Origin: the human T2T-CHM13v2.0 reference genome, Homo sapiens
DNA length: 64,000 nt
Assembly: GCF_009914755.1 (NCBI RefSeq)
Contig: NC_060945.1
Direction: 5' to 3' (one strand)
In this document: piece after piece, positions 1 through 11,971 of the stretch
Layout: each line of letters begins with the position of its first letter
Position numbering within the stretch: position 1 is the first letter of the stretch
Made by a program: the position numbers and the translations under genes
Notes under the pieces: model-generated
Database searches by the model: none
What the model saw: only the letters and a program-made list of their open reading frames with translations
Told to the model about the DNA's origin: nothing

Positions 1-282
1 TATGTAAATTCAAACCTTCTTAAGTTGTAAATTAAGGACTAAGAATTTCCTCTCTAAAATCAGTATTCTTTTCTAAAATAGAAACATTTGAAAAGTTATT
101 TATTAGTGGTTTTAGAATAGTATTGGGGGAAAATGTTATCTCTTTAGGGTATGTAAATTCAAACTTTCTTAAGTTATAAGGACTAAGAATTTCCTCTCTA
201 AAATCAGTATCCTTTTCTAAAACAGAAACATTTAAAAAGTTATTTTAGTGGTTTCAGAATAGTATTGGGGGAAAATATTATT
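1..282. repeat. Tandem duplication, ~149-nt unit, in SON intron 2
   Basis: tatgtaaattcaaac...tattgggggaaaat occurs at 1-~139 and again at 150-~282 with a few substitutions and indels. Confidence 0.9.
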
Positions 283-921
283 TTTATTAGAATGTAACGT
301 AGGCATGATAAGGTAAAATTTGAGTTCTCTATGAATATTTTATATTTGTTATTCAGATATTTTTATACTCTGTAGAAGCAATCACTAACCTTTGTTGAAA
401 GCTTATTCTGTGCCAGGCATTATTTGATGTACTTTGCATGTTTTAACTCACTTTATCCTCTAACTCTAGAAGACACAAGTGTGTCAGTAATTTGGCCAAG
501 ACCATTAACCTAGTAAGTGATGAACTGATTGAGGATTCAAAAGTGGCAGTCTGTTCCAGAGCCAGTGCCATGTTGCTTCCTGTATAAACAAGGGTTAATA
601 ATCGCAAAAATTATATTATGTGGGTATTTTTAATAGAAACTGTAGCAACTAATAACATGAAATATATTCAGTGACAAAAGTAGTTTAAAAGTAATTTTGC
701 TATGATTTGAGAGCTGGAGGGAATAATTATTTTAATAGAATTTAGTGAAACATGTCTTAATGTAATTCAAAGTAAGTTTTGGTGTTTAATAATTTATTTT
801 TAACCCAGGCATTAGTTGTGGAAAGAATTATCAGAAAAGTAGTAGTCTCCAGGTTAACTGTTTTATGAAAAATAGTTTATTTGGTAACTTTTAATTTAAC
901 GTGAGGTGTTATACTGTGGGG

Positions 922-1213
922 TTTTTTTTTTTTTTTGAGACAGAGTCTTGCTCTGTTGCCTAGGCTGGAGTACAGTGGTGCAATTTCAGCTCACTGAAAC
1001 CTCGACCTACTGGGTTCAAGTGATCCGCCTCAGCCTCCCAAATAGCTGGGACTACAGGTGCGCGTCACCATGCCTGGCTAATTTTTGTATTTTTAGTAGA
1101 GATGGGGTTTCACCATGCTGGCCAGGCTGGTTTTGAACTCCTGACCTCATGATCCACCTGCCTTGGCCTCTCAGAGTGCTAAGATTACAGGCGTGAGCCA
1201 CTGTACTTGGCCT
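922..1213 (-). mobile_element. Alu, antisense, ~100 nt upstream of the SON exon 3 acceptor
   Basis: poly-T followed by gagacagagtcttgctctgttgcc...gattacaggcgtgagccactg. Confidence 0.95.
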
Positions 1214-1315
1214 GTACTAAGGTGTTTTAACATGGAATGTAAATATGGGTTTATATGATTTAATCTAACTCTACTTTGGGGAATGTCTGACAAAATTAAT
1301 TTCTATTACTTTTAG

Positions 1316-4300
1316 ACTTGAAAGAGGGCTCCAGAAAAAGTAGATGCGTATCTGTACAAACAGATCCTACTGATGAAATTCCCACTAAAAAGTCAAAGAA
1401 GCATAAAAAGCACAAAAACAAAAAGAAGAAAAAGAAGAAAGAAAAGGAAAAAAAATATAAAAGACAGCCAGAAGAATCTGAGTCAAAGACGAAATCTCAT
1501 GATGATGGGAACATAGATTTAGAATCTGATTCCTTTTTAAAGTTTGATTCTGAACCTTCAGCTGTGGCGCTGGAGCTTCCTACAAGAGCATTTGGCCCAT
1601 CTGAGACCAATGAATCCCCTGCAGTTGTGCTAGAACCTCCTGTAGTATCAATGGAGGTATCAGAGCCACACATCTTAGAAACTCTGAAGCCAGCTACAAA
1701 AACTGCAGAACTGTCAGTTGTATCTACATCAGTAATCTCAGAGCAGTCAGAGCAGTCTGTGGCAGTAATGCCAGAACCATCCATGACAAAGATTCTGGAT
1801 TCCTTTGCAGCAGCACCAGTGCCTACTACAACACTGGTGTTGAAGTCATCTGAGCCAGTTGTAACAATGTCAGTGGAGTATCAGATGAAGTCTGTGCTGA
1901 AATCTGTGGAGAGCACATCTCCAGAGCCATCAAAGATCATGTTGGTAGAGCCCCCAGTAGCAAAAGTGTTAGAGCCTTCAGAAACCCTTGTGGTATCATC
2001 AGAGACACCTACTGAGGTGTACCCTGAGCCAAGCACATCAACAACAATGGATTTTCCAGAGTCATCTGCAATTGAAGCGCTAAGATTGCCAGAGCAGCCT
2101 GTAGACGTACCATCGGAGATTGCAGATTCATCCATGACAAGACCGCAGGAGTTGCCGGAGCTGCCTAAGACCACAGCGTTGGAGCTGCAGGAGTCGTCGG
2201 TGGCCTCAGCGATGGAGTTGCCGGGGCCACCTGCGACCTCCATGCCGGAGTTGCAGGGGCCCCCTGTGACTCCAGTGCTGGAGTTACCTGGGCCCTCTGC
2301 TACCCCGGTGCCAGAGTTGCCAGGGCCCCTTTCTACCCCAGTGCCTGAGTTGCCAGGGCCCCCTGCGACAGCAGTGCCTGAGTTGCCAGGGCCCTCTGTG
2401 ACACCAGTGCCACAGTTGTCGCAGGAATTGCCAGGGCTTCCAGCACCATCCATGGGGTTGGAGCCACCACAGGAGGTACCAGAGCCACCTGTGATGGCAC
2501 AGGAGTTGCCAGGGCTGCCTTTGGTGACAGCAGCAGTAGAGTTGCCAGAGCAGCCTGCGGTAACAGTAGCAATGGAGTTGACCGAACAACCTGTGACGAC
2601 GACAGAGTTGGAGCAGCCTGTGGGGATGACAACGGTGGAACATCCTGGGCATCCTGAGGTGACAACGGCAACAGGGTTGCTGGGGCAGCCTGAGGCAACG
2701 ATGGTGCTGGAGTTGCCAGGACAGCCAGTGGCAACGACAGCGCTGGAGTTGCCGGGGCAGCCTTCGGTGACTGGGGTGCCAGAGTTGCCAGGGCTGCCTT
2801 CGGCAACTAGGGCACTGGAGTTGTCGGGGCAGCCTGTGGCAACTGGGGCACTAGAGTTGCCTGGGCCGCTCATGGCAGCTGGGGCACTGGAGTTCTCGGG
2901 GCAGTCTGGGGCAGCTGGAGCACTGGAGCTTTTGGGGCAGCCTCTGGCAACAGGGGTGCTGGAGTTGCCAGGGCAGCCTGGGGCGCCAGAGTTGCCTGGG
3001 CAGCCTGTGGCAACTGTGGCGCTGGAGATCTCTGTTCAGTCTGTGGTGACAACATCGGAGCTGTCAACGATGACCGTGTCGCAGTCCCTGGAGGTGCCCT
3101 CGACGACAGCGCTGGAATCCTATAATACGGTAGCACAGGAGCTGCCTACTACATTAGTGGGGGAGACTTCTGTAACAGTAGGAGTGGATCCCTTGATGGC
3201 CCCAGAATCCCATATATTAGCTTCTAACACCATGGAGACCCATATATTAGCATCCAACACCATGGACTCCCAAATGCTAGCGTCCAACACCATGGACTCC
3301 CAGATGCTAGCATCCAACACCATGGACTCCCAGATGTTAGCGTCTAGCACCATGGACTCCCAGATGTTAGCAACTAGCTCCATGGACTCCCAGATGTTAG
3401 CAACTAGCTCCATGGACTCCCAGATGTTAGCAACTAGCACTATGGACTCCCAGATGTTAGCAACCAGTTCCATGGACTCCCAGATGTTAGCAACCAGCTC
3501 CATGGACTCCCAGATGTTAGCAACCAGCTCCATGGACTCCCAGATGTTAGCAACCAGCTCCATGGACTCCCAGATGTTAGCAACCAGCACCATGGATTCT
3601 CAGATGTTAGCAACCAGCACCATGGACTCCCAGATGTTAGCAACTAGCTCAATGGATTCCCAGATGTTAGCATCTGGCACTATGGACTCTCAAATGTTAG
3701 CTTCTGGCACCATGGATGCTCAGATGTTAGCGTCTGGTACCATGGATGCCCAGATGTTAGCGTCTAGTACCCAAGATTCTGCTATGTTGGGTTCAAAATC
3801 TCCTGATCCCTATAGGTTAGCTCAGGATCCTTACAGGTTAGCTCAGGATCCCTATAGGTTGGGCCATGACCCCTATAGATTAGGTCATGATGCTTACAGG
3901 TTAGGACAAGACCCTTATAGATTAGGCCATGATCCCTACAGACTAACTCCTGATCCCTATAGGATGTCACCTAGACCCTACAGGATAGCACCCAGGTCCT
4001 ATAGAATAGCACCCAGGCCATATAGGTTAGCACCTAGACCCCTGATGTTAGCATCTAGACGTTCTATGATGATGTCCTATGCTGCAGAACGTTCCATGAT
4101 GTCATCTTACGAACGCTCTATGATGTCTTATGAGCGGTCTATGATGTCCCCTATGGCTGAACGCTCTATGATGTCAGCCTACGAGCGCTCTATGATGTCA
4201 GCCTACGAGCGCTCTATGATGTCCCCTATGGCTGAGCGCTCTATGATGTCAGCTTATGAACGCTCCATGATGTCAGCTTATGAACGCTCCATGATGTCCC

Positions 4301-7231
4301 CAATGGCTGATCGATCTATGATGTCCATGGGTGCTGACCGGTCTATGATGTCGTCATACTCTGCTGCTGACCGGTCTATGATGTCATCGTACTCTGCAGC
4401 TGACCGATCTATGATGTCATCTTATACTGCTGATCGTTCAATGATGTCTATGGCTGCTGATTCTTACACCGATTCTTACACTGACACATATACAGAGGCA
4501 TATATGGTGCCACCTTTGCCTCCTGAAGAGCCCCCAACAATGCCACCGTTGCCACCTGAGGAGCCACCAATGACACCACCATTGCCTCCTGAGGAACCAC
4601 CAGAGGGTCCAGCATTGCCCACTGAGCAGTCAGCATTAACAGCTGAAAATACTTGGCCTACAGAGGTGCCATCATTACCATCTGAAGAGTCTGTATCGCA
4701 GCCTGAGCCTCCTGTGAGTCAAAGTGAGATTTCGGAGCCTTCAGCAGTGCCTACTGATTATTCAGTGTCAGCATCAGATCCCTCAGTTTTAGTATCAGAG
4801 GCTGCTGTGACTGTTCCAGAACCACCACCAGAGCCAGAATCTTCAATTACGTTAACACCTGTAGAGTCTGCAGTAGTAGCAGAAGAACATGAAGTTGTTC
4901 CAGAGAGACCAGTGACTTGTATGGTATCTGAAACTCCCGCCATGTCAGCTGAACCAACTGTGTTAGCATCAGAGCCTCCTGTTATGTCAGAGACAGCAGA
5001 AACATTTGATTCCATGAGAGCCTCAGGACATGTTGCCTCAGAAGTATCTACATCCTTGTTGGTTCCAGCAGTAACTACTCCAGTGCTGGCAGAGAGCATT
5101 CTGGAGCCGCCAGCCATGGCTGCCCCAGAGTCTTCAGCTATGGCTGTCCTGGAGTCTTCGGCTGTGACCGTCCTGGAGTCTTCGACTGTGACTGTCCTGG
5201 AGTCTTCGACTGTAACTGTCCTGGAGCCTTCGGTTGTGACTGTCCCGGAGCCTCCTGTTGTGGCTGAGCCAGACTATGTTACCATTCCTGTGCCAGTTGT
5301 TTCTGCGCTGGAGCCTTCTGTGCCTGTTCTGGAACCAGCGGTGTCAGTCCTTCAACCTTCTATGATTGTTTCAGAACCATCTGTTTCTGTCCAGGAATCG
5401 ACTGTGACAGTTTCAGAGCCTGCTGTCACAGTCTCAGAGCAGACTCAAGTAATACCAACTGAGGTGGCTATAGAGTCCACACCAATGATACTGGAATCTA
5501 GTATCATGTCATCACATGTTATGAAAGGAATTAATCTATCCTCTGGTGATCAAAATCTTGCTCCAGAGATTGGCATGCAGGAGATTGCATTGCATTCAGG
5601 TGAAGAACCACATGCTGAGGAACACCTGAAAGGTGACTTTTACGAAAGTGAACATGGTATAAATATAGACCTTAATATAAATAATCATTTAATTGCTAAA
5701 GAGATGGAACATAATACAGTGTGTGCTGCTGGTACTAGTCCTGTTGGGGAAATTGGTGAAGAGAAAATTTTGCCCACCAGTGAGACTAAACAGCGCACAG
5801 TATTGGATACCTACCCTGGTGTTAGTGAAGCTGATGCAGGAGAAACTCTATCTTCTACTGGTCCTTTTGCTCTGGAACCTGATGCAACAGGAACTAGTAA
5901 GGGTATTGAATTTACCACAGCATCTACTCTCAGTTTAGTTAATAAATATGATGTTGATTTATCTTTAACTACTCAAGATACTGAACATGACATGGTAATT
6001 TCCACCAGTCCTAGTGGTGGTAGTGAAGCTGACATTGAAGGGCCTTTGCCTGCTAAAGATATTCATCTTGATTTACCATCTAATAATAACCTTGTTAGTA
6101 AGGATACAGAAGAACCATTACCTGTAAAAGAGAGTGACCAGACATTAGCAGCTCTGCTCAGCCCTAAAGAAAGTAGTGGAGGAGAAAAAGAAGTACCTCC
6201 CCCTCCTAAAGAGACACTGCCTGATTCAGGATTTTCTGCCAATATTGAGGATATTAATGAAGCAGATTTAGTGAGACCGTTACTTCCTAAGGACATGGAA
6301 CGTCTTACAAGCCTTAGAGCTGGCATTGAAGGACCTTTACTTGCAAGTGATGTTGGACGTGACAGATCTGCTGCCAGCCCGGTTGTAAGTAGTATGCCAG
6401 AAAGAGCTTCAGAGTCTTCTTCAGAGGAAAAAGATGATTATGAAATTTTTGTAAAAGTTAAGGACACTCACGAAAAAAGCAAGAAAAATAAGAACCGTGA
6501 TAAGGGGGAGAAAGAGAAGAAAAGAGACTCTTCATTAAGATCTCGAAGTAAGCGTTCCAAATCTTCTGAACACAAATCACGCAAGCGTACCAGTGAATCT
6601 CGTTCTAGGGCAAGAAAGAGATCATCTAAGTCCAAGTCTCATCGCTCTCAGACACGTTCACGGTCACGTTCAAGACGCAGGAGGAGAAGCAGCAGATCAA
6701 GATCAAAGTCTAGAGGAAGAAGATCTGTATCAAAAGAGAAGCGCAAAAGATCTCCAAAGCACAGATCCAAGTCTAGGGAAAGAAAAAGAAAAAGATCAAG
6801 CTCCAGGGATAACCGAAAGACAGTTAGAGCTCGAAGTCGAACCCCAAGTCGTCGGAGTCGGAGTCATACTCCAAGTCGTCGACGAAGGTCTAGATCTGTG
6901 GGTAGAAGAAGGAGCTTTAGCATTTCCCCAAGCCGCCGCAGCCGCACCCCCAGCCGCCGCAGCCGCACCCCCAGCCGCCGCAGCCGCACCCCCAGCCGCC
7001 GCAGCCGCACCCCCAGCCGCCGGAGCCGCACCCCTAGCCGTCGGAGCCGCACCCCAAGCCGCCGGAGAAGATCAAGGTCTGTGGTAAGAAGACGAAGCTT
7101 CAGTATCTCACCAGTCAGATTAAGGCGATCAAGAACACCCTTAAGAAGAAGGTTTAGCAGATCTCCCATCCGTCGTAAAAGATCCAGGTCTTCTGAACGA
7201 GGCAGATCACCCAAACGTCTGACAGATTTGG
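1316..7231 (+). CDS. SON: SON exon 3 (5916 nt, phase 1/1): Lys-rich N-terminal part, internal repeats, RS domain
   Basis: tttag|ACTTG acceptor, TTGG|gtgagt donor; 1972-codon open frame with the MDSQMLA, DPYRL, ERSMMS, PPLPPEEPP and PSRRSRT repeats characteristic of SON. Confidence 0.98.
2502..2568 (+). ncRNA. MIR6501: Exonic miRNA hairpin, probably MIR6501
   Basis: agttgccagggctgcctttggt (2504-2525) and ccagagcagcctgcggtaacagt (2545-2567) match my recollection of miR-6501-5p/3p, and the arms are partly complementary; recall only. Confidence 0.6.
3202..3775 (+). repeat. SON: Coding tandem repeat, 30-nt unit (MDSQMLA[S/T]xx)
   Basis: catggactcccagatgttagcaac.. recurs every 30 nt. Confidence 0.95.
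3805..4460 (+). repeat. SON: Coding repeats DPYRL(A/G)x, PRPYRxA and ERSMMS/DRSMMS
   Basis: 21-33 nt periodic repeats visible in both DNA and translation. Confidence 0.9.
6928..7066 (+). repeat. SON: Coding 21-nt tandem repeat (PSRRSRT) in the RS domain
   Basis: cccagccgccgcagccgcacc in near-identical consecutive copies. Confidence 0.95.
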
Positions 7232-8254
7232 GTGAGTCATTTTAAAGTTTAATGGGATGGTAGTAGAAAATGTTTTAAACCTTAATTTTTTTCTGACCTT
7301 GAGTCAAGTGAAATACTTAGTTACTGGTTTAGGATAAATGTTTCTGTCTTTAAGTTTTTATTATTACATGGTACTGTATTTAGGAACTACTGGGATCAGT
7401 GTATTATAATTAGAGTTAAAAAGTCCTGTTTCAGAGTATAATAGAACCAAGGTGTTTCCATATTTGAATGTTTTATTTTGTTTTAGTTATCTTGCCATAG
7501 CTAAAAATTGAAAGCAGAAACAGATGTAGAACTCTAGCTAAATTAAAAACAAGCTAAGTATATGCTCAGATTGTTATTGTATGTGTTCTAACATACATCC
7601 TTGCAACTAAGCCTAAAATTACAATGTTCCTTTTTAAATAAGTTAACATATCTTAAAATGGCATTATAGGACTGTTAAATGAAGGTAATTCTGATTGGTA
7701 TAGTTGGTAATGGAAGTGAGTGGGGAATTTTGCGTGTGGGGGTTATTTAATTGGGTAGGTGATACTAGCTAAATAAAGTTAAATATTTTAGATCAGTGTG
7801 ATTTTTAATAACCTGTTCTGCTTTACTTTAAAGATAACTGTTCTAATTTCCCCTGATTTTTAGTGTGCAGAGGTGATTAAAACTTGATCGATATGAATGA
7901 TTACCTATAATAAATATGGATAATTTATCCTTATCCCAGTATACTGGACATTTCTAGGCCAGGATTGTCTAAAGAAGAAGAGGTTAAGAGTAAAAAGGGA
8001 GAATCTGCATTCAGTTCAACAGAAGTTTTCTGAGTTCTTTTTTATTCACAGCAGAGGAACAGTATGTAATTCCTCAAGTGATTGCAAGTGGTGGAGGAGA
8101 CATGGGTAAAATGCATATATGTCTCTCTTATAGTAACACTGTCTAAAAAGGACAGAATGTGATTACTATAATACTGATAGAGGTGAGGTACTTTAGGAAC
8201 ACAATGGGAAAAGGGGAAAAGGAATGTTAATTCTGACTTAATGACAGCTTGTTA

Positions 8255-8568
<314 letters not shown>

Positions 8569-8995
8569 GAGGTGGCACTTGAACTGGGGCTCAAAGAGTG
8601 ATTTAAGGTGTCAGAAGGAGAGTAAGGTCATGATAATTTTGTGAAATGAAATAGGCTTTGGCAGGTTTATATCTTAGAGTGTGTGTAGTAGGGTGATCAT
8701 TATAGTTGTGTAGTAACCTATTGTAATATTCTAATGGGAAGCTCAATATGTGGACTTAATTCCCTGAATGAGGCCACTGCTGAAAAACTTTGAGCCAGTG
8801 GTTTGATCATAGCTGTAACTTAGAGCAGAATATTGATGCCTATAGTTTTTTCCTTTTTTTTTTTCTTTTTTGTTAGATACCCAAGTTCTTCGATGGATCT
8901 AGGATGCCTTTAGTTTTGTTAGTATGTTAGACTTTTGGTAATACAAAATGTACAGTCTTTTAGGAAAACTGCAGCTTGTATTTTTCTTCTTACAG

Positions 8996-9156
8996 ATAAG
9001 GCTCAATTACTTGAAATAGCCAAAGCTAATGCAGCTGCCATGTGTGCTAAGGCTGGTGTCCCTTTACCACCAAACCTAAAGCCTGCACCTCCACCTACTA
9101 TAGAAGAGAAAGTTGCTAAAAAGTCAGGAGGAGCTACTATAGAAGAACTAACTGAG
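8996..9156 (+). CDS. SON: SON exon 4 (DKAQLLEIAK...IEELTE)
   Basis: tacag|ATAAG and GAG|gtaagc; in frame with exon 3. Confidence 0.96.
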
Positions 9157-9221
9157 GTAAGCTAGACAGAATTTGTTTTCATTCTTAAATGGATTATTCC
9201 AGTGATGTTGACTCTGGAGCG

Positions 9222-9714
9222 TGCCAAAACCCGAATTGTGGGCAGAACTGATAATGGCTGGCACCGAGTGGCCAAAACCCGAAATACAGATGTGGCAGCG
9301 GCAGAAGCTCTGTTTAGCAGGCCATTATCCGGGATGGCTAAGCTCCGCTAGCTAAAAGTTACTTCCCATTACTTTTGCTTTCCAGTTTTAGAAGCCAAAC
9401 TGACTGAGGAGTGGGACGGTTCGTTTGAATGGAGGAGGTGTTGAGTGAGCAACACGCAGAAGCTCGCCTACAGTTTCGTTTCCATTCACGACGCGTTCAC
9501 TGATCGCCACGAGTATACTGCATATACGCAAAGACACAGACAATCTTCAGAAATGATCTTTTGCCACCGGAGCTTGGAAATTAATAAGAATAGCTGGCCA
9601 TTGCCTGAAAGGAACTTCTTTCGCATCAACATTTCGGGTTTTGGCTGTTTGGTACCAGCCATTGGCGATAATGGCCGGCCATTATCAGTTCTTCCTGCGG
9701 TTCGGGTTTTGGCA
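9222..9714 (+). other. Long imperfect inverted repeat (arms 9222-9295 and 9621-9714), possibly from an ancient DNA transposon/MITE
   Basis: tgccaaaacccgaa..agaactgataatggc mirrors gccattatcagttct..ttcgggttttggca; gccaaaacccgaa occurs twice per arm; family not identified. Confidence 0.85.
9386..9391 (+). CDS. SON: SON alternative exon 5a, coding part (Phe-stop; SON E-type truncated isoform)
   Basis: ttttgctttccag|TTT TAG in phase 0 after exon 4; matches the recalled 2108-aa isoform E ending in F; 3' end of the exon not determined. Confidence 0.75.
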   Translation, partial: F

Positions 9715-10559
9715 GTAACATATATATTTTAAACACACTTATTTTTGTTTTTAAAAGTTTGATCTTTTCAATTGAGGCTTTTTTGGGGCTTTGTTTTATT
9801 ACTATTTTTTTGGTGTGGGTGGATGGGGGGAGATGCTAAAATATTGCTGCTAGGATCCAGAAATACCACACTGTTTCATATATTGGAACTTGTTATTGGC
9901 TAGCCTTATGCCAGCCTGCCACTGTCAATATATTCTGTTCCCCTTGGTTACAAGCTTAATATACTCTTGTGTTTTTGGCGAAATGAGCTTTTTATCCTAT
10001 TGTAATATTTTCAATTGATAATAGATGTCATTAAATCTACTGCTTGTATAGAGACAGGTGTACCCAAATTTACTCTTGACCTTTTTATAAAGCCAGGTAA
10101 TGGAGTCTGTTCCTTTGCATCTCAGGAAGGAATTGACTTTGCTTTATGTATCAGACCTCATCAATTGCACCCTCTCCATCATGCCTTATTTTCCTAAGTT
10201 CTCCTTAAAGAAACTCAACCCACAAAACATTTATGGAGAGACATGTTGCTATCTAATCCTGTTGCAAATATTTCAGATCTTTTGTTTTGCCATACATCTG
10301 GGAAAATGTAAAGCTTCTGAATCTGTTTCCTCACTTAGATTTATTACAATATGAATTACAACTTTTTTTAAAAAATTAAGGACCTTGTAAACGCTTCTAT
10401 TGCTTATTTACCTAATCCAAGCTCCTTATCCAAAATGCTAAGGACAGTTAGTATTTTGCTGTTTTCGGCCCCATCTTCAGCCTTCTTGTCCCAAGTTTCT
10501 TCTCACCTTTTTACCACCACCTGACTAGGATGACTTCTCCTTTCCCTACCAGTCTTTGT

Positions 10560-10900
10560 TCTTTACTATGAAAATCTGGCTTAGAACTCTTCAAGGAATA
10601 TTCCTTGATTCTCTAACTCTGCCTGACTATTCTCTCTTAAGCCTTTGTTCTTTTAGCACTTATGTACTCAGTTTGTATTATATCAGTTTGCACTTGTTAT
10701 TGTGTTGCTCTGTAAAAGTGTTCAATTATTTCATGTATATGTATTCCTTCTCTTGTACTAGATTGTAAGCTCCTTGAGAGCAGGGACCATGTCTTCTACT
10801 TTTTTTTTTTTTTTTTTTTTTTGTATTCCCCAGACAGTGCCCAGTACAGTGCTCTCTCTGCACATAGTAGGTGCTCAATAAATGTTGTTGACTGACTGAC
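10560..10900. mobile_element. L2-like remnant
   Basis: tgtaagctccttgagagcagggacc...cacatagtaggtgctcaataaatgttgttga resembles the L2 3' end. Confidence 0.6.
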
Positions 10901-11069
10901 CAGCCAGAGTGTGTTTAAATAGTAGTTAATATGCCAAGTTACGTATCTATAACCTATCATGAATCTTGTTTAACTTTGGAAAGTTGCTATTATGTGGTTT
11001 TGATTCTAAGAAATTACATGTTCTACATAAAGCGTAAGATTTATCTTTTGTTTGTTTTTACTTTTAAAG

Positions 11070-11216
11070 AAATGTAAACAGATCGCACAGAGTAAAGAAG
11101 ATGATGATGTAATAGTGAATAAACCTCATGTTTCGGATGAAGAGGAAGAAGAACCTCCTTTTTATCATCATCCCTTTAAACTCAGTGAACCCAAACCTAT
11201 TTTTTTCAATCTGAAT
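11070..11216 (+). CDS. SON: SON exon 5 (KCKQIAQ...IFFNLN)
   Basis: taaag|AAATGT and AAT|gtgagt; 147 nt. Confidence 0.95.
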
Positions 11217-11426
11217 GTGAGTATTAGTGCTTATGGATTGGTAAAACAGTGTAACTTGTGGAACTATTTAAATAAAACCCAAATCGAATTTAGTTTATTA
11301 ATTTTTGTTTTAAATACTGTGAGAAATAATGGATAATATCATTTCCTTCAGATTATGTAGAAAATCTCAAACCATTTAATGTAGATATCATATTGAGCTT
11401 TAATTAAGAAACACTTTATTTTTTAG

Positions 11427-11615
11427 ATTGCTGCAGCAAAACCAACTCCACCAAAAAGCCAGGTAACATTAACAAAAGAATTCCCTGTATCATCTGGATC
11501 TCAACATCGGAAAAAAGAAGCGGATAGTGTTTATGGAGAATGGGTTCCTGTGGAGAAAAATGGTGAAGAAAACAAAGATGATGATAATGTTTTCAGCAGC
11601 AATTTGCCCTCAGAG
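11427..11615 (+). CDS. SON: SON exon 6 (IAAAKPTPP...NLPSE)
   Basis: tttag|ATTGCT and GAG|gtaagt; 189 nt. Confidence 0.95.
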
Positions 11616-11716
11616 GTAAGTAGGAGGAATATTATGTATTTTTCCTTTTTTATACCTGAATCTGCCATTTCATTGTTATGTTATGTCTGATTTGGATTCT
11701 GTTTCACTCTTCTTAG

Positions 11717-11971
11717 GGCCGGGTTAAACGGCAGGGCCGGGTTAGACGACAGATGAAACAACCCGCAGCTTCTCATTTGACAGTAACTCGATGCAATTCA
11801 CTTTGTGGAACCAAGCCACAAAGTGAAAAGCATCGAATTGCAGAGAACAGTGTTATCACATCCCTACCCAACATTGGGCCCTCCCTGCACTTGTGGGAAG
11901 GTAGTCCAAGGTACAACTATTTAGCTTCCCGATTTGCTTCAAGGCTCTATAGCTCTAGATTTTGGTGGTAG
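11717..11971 (+). CDS. SON: SON alternative terminal exon 7a (SON B-type C-terminus GRVKRQ...SRFWW)
   Basis: tcttag|GGCCGG in phase 0, open to TAG at 11969-11971; AATAAA at 12484. Confidence 0.85.
   Translation, partial: GRVKRQGRVRRQMKQPAASHLTVTRCNSLCGTKPQSEKHRIAENSVITSLPNIGPSLHLWEGSPRYNYLASRFASRLYSSRFWW

Noticed and set aside
1881-3643. Long antisense ORFs (330 aa, 157 aa and others) opposite SON exon 3
   Set aside because: Shadows of the repetitive sense codons; no independent promoter or splice evidence
3202-3775. Regularly spaced 30-nt repeats superficially like a CRISPR array
   Set aside because: No unique spacers; in-frame coding repeat in a eukaryotic gene
6593-7087. 164-aa alternative-frame ORF with AAAAAPP repeats
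   Set aside because: Starts at GTG and is a frame-shifted reading of the 21-nt PSRRSRT array
9445-9732. 95-aa ORF inside the intron 4 inverted repeat
   Set aside because: GTG start, downstream of the exon 5a stop, no transposase-like motif
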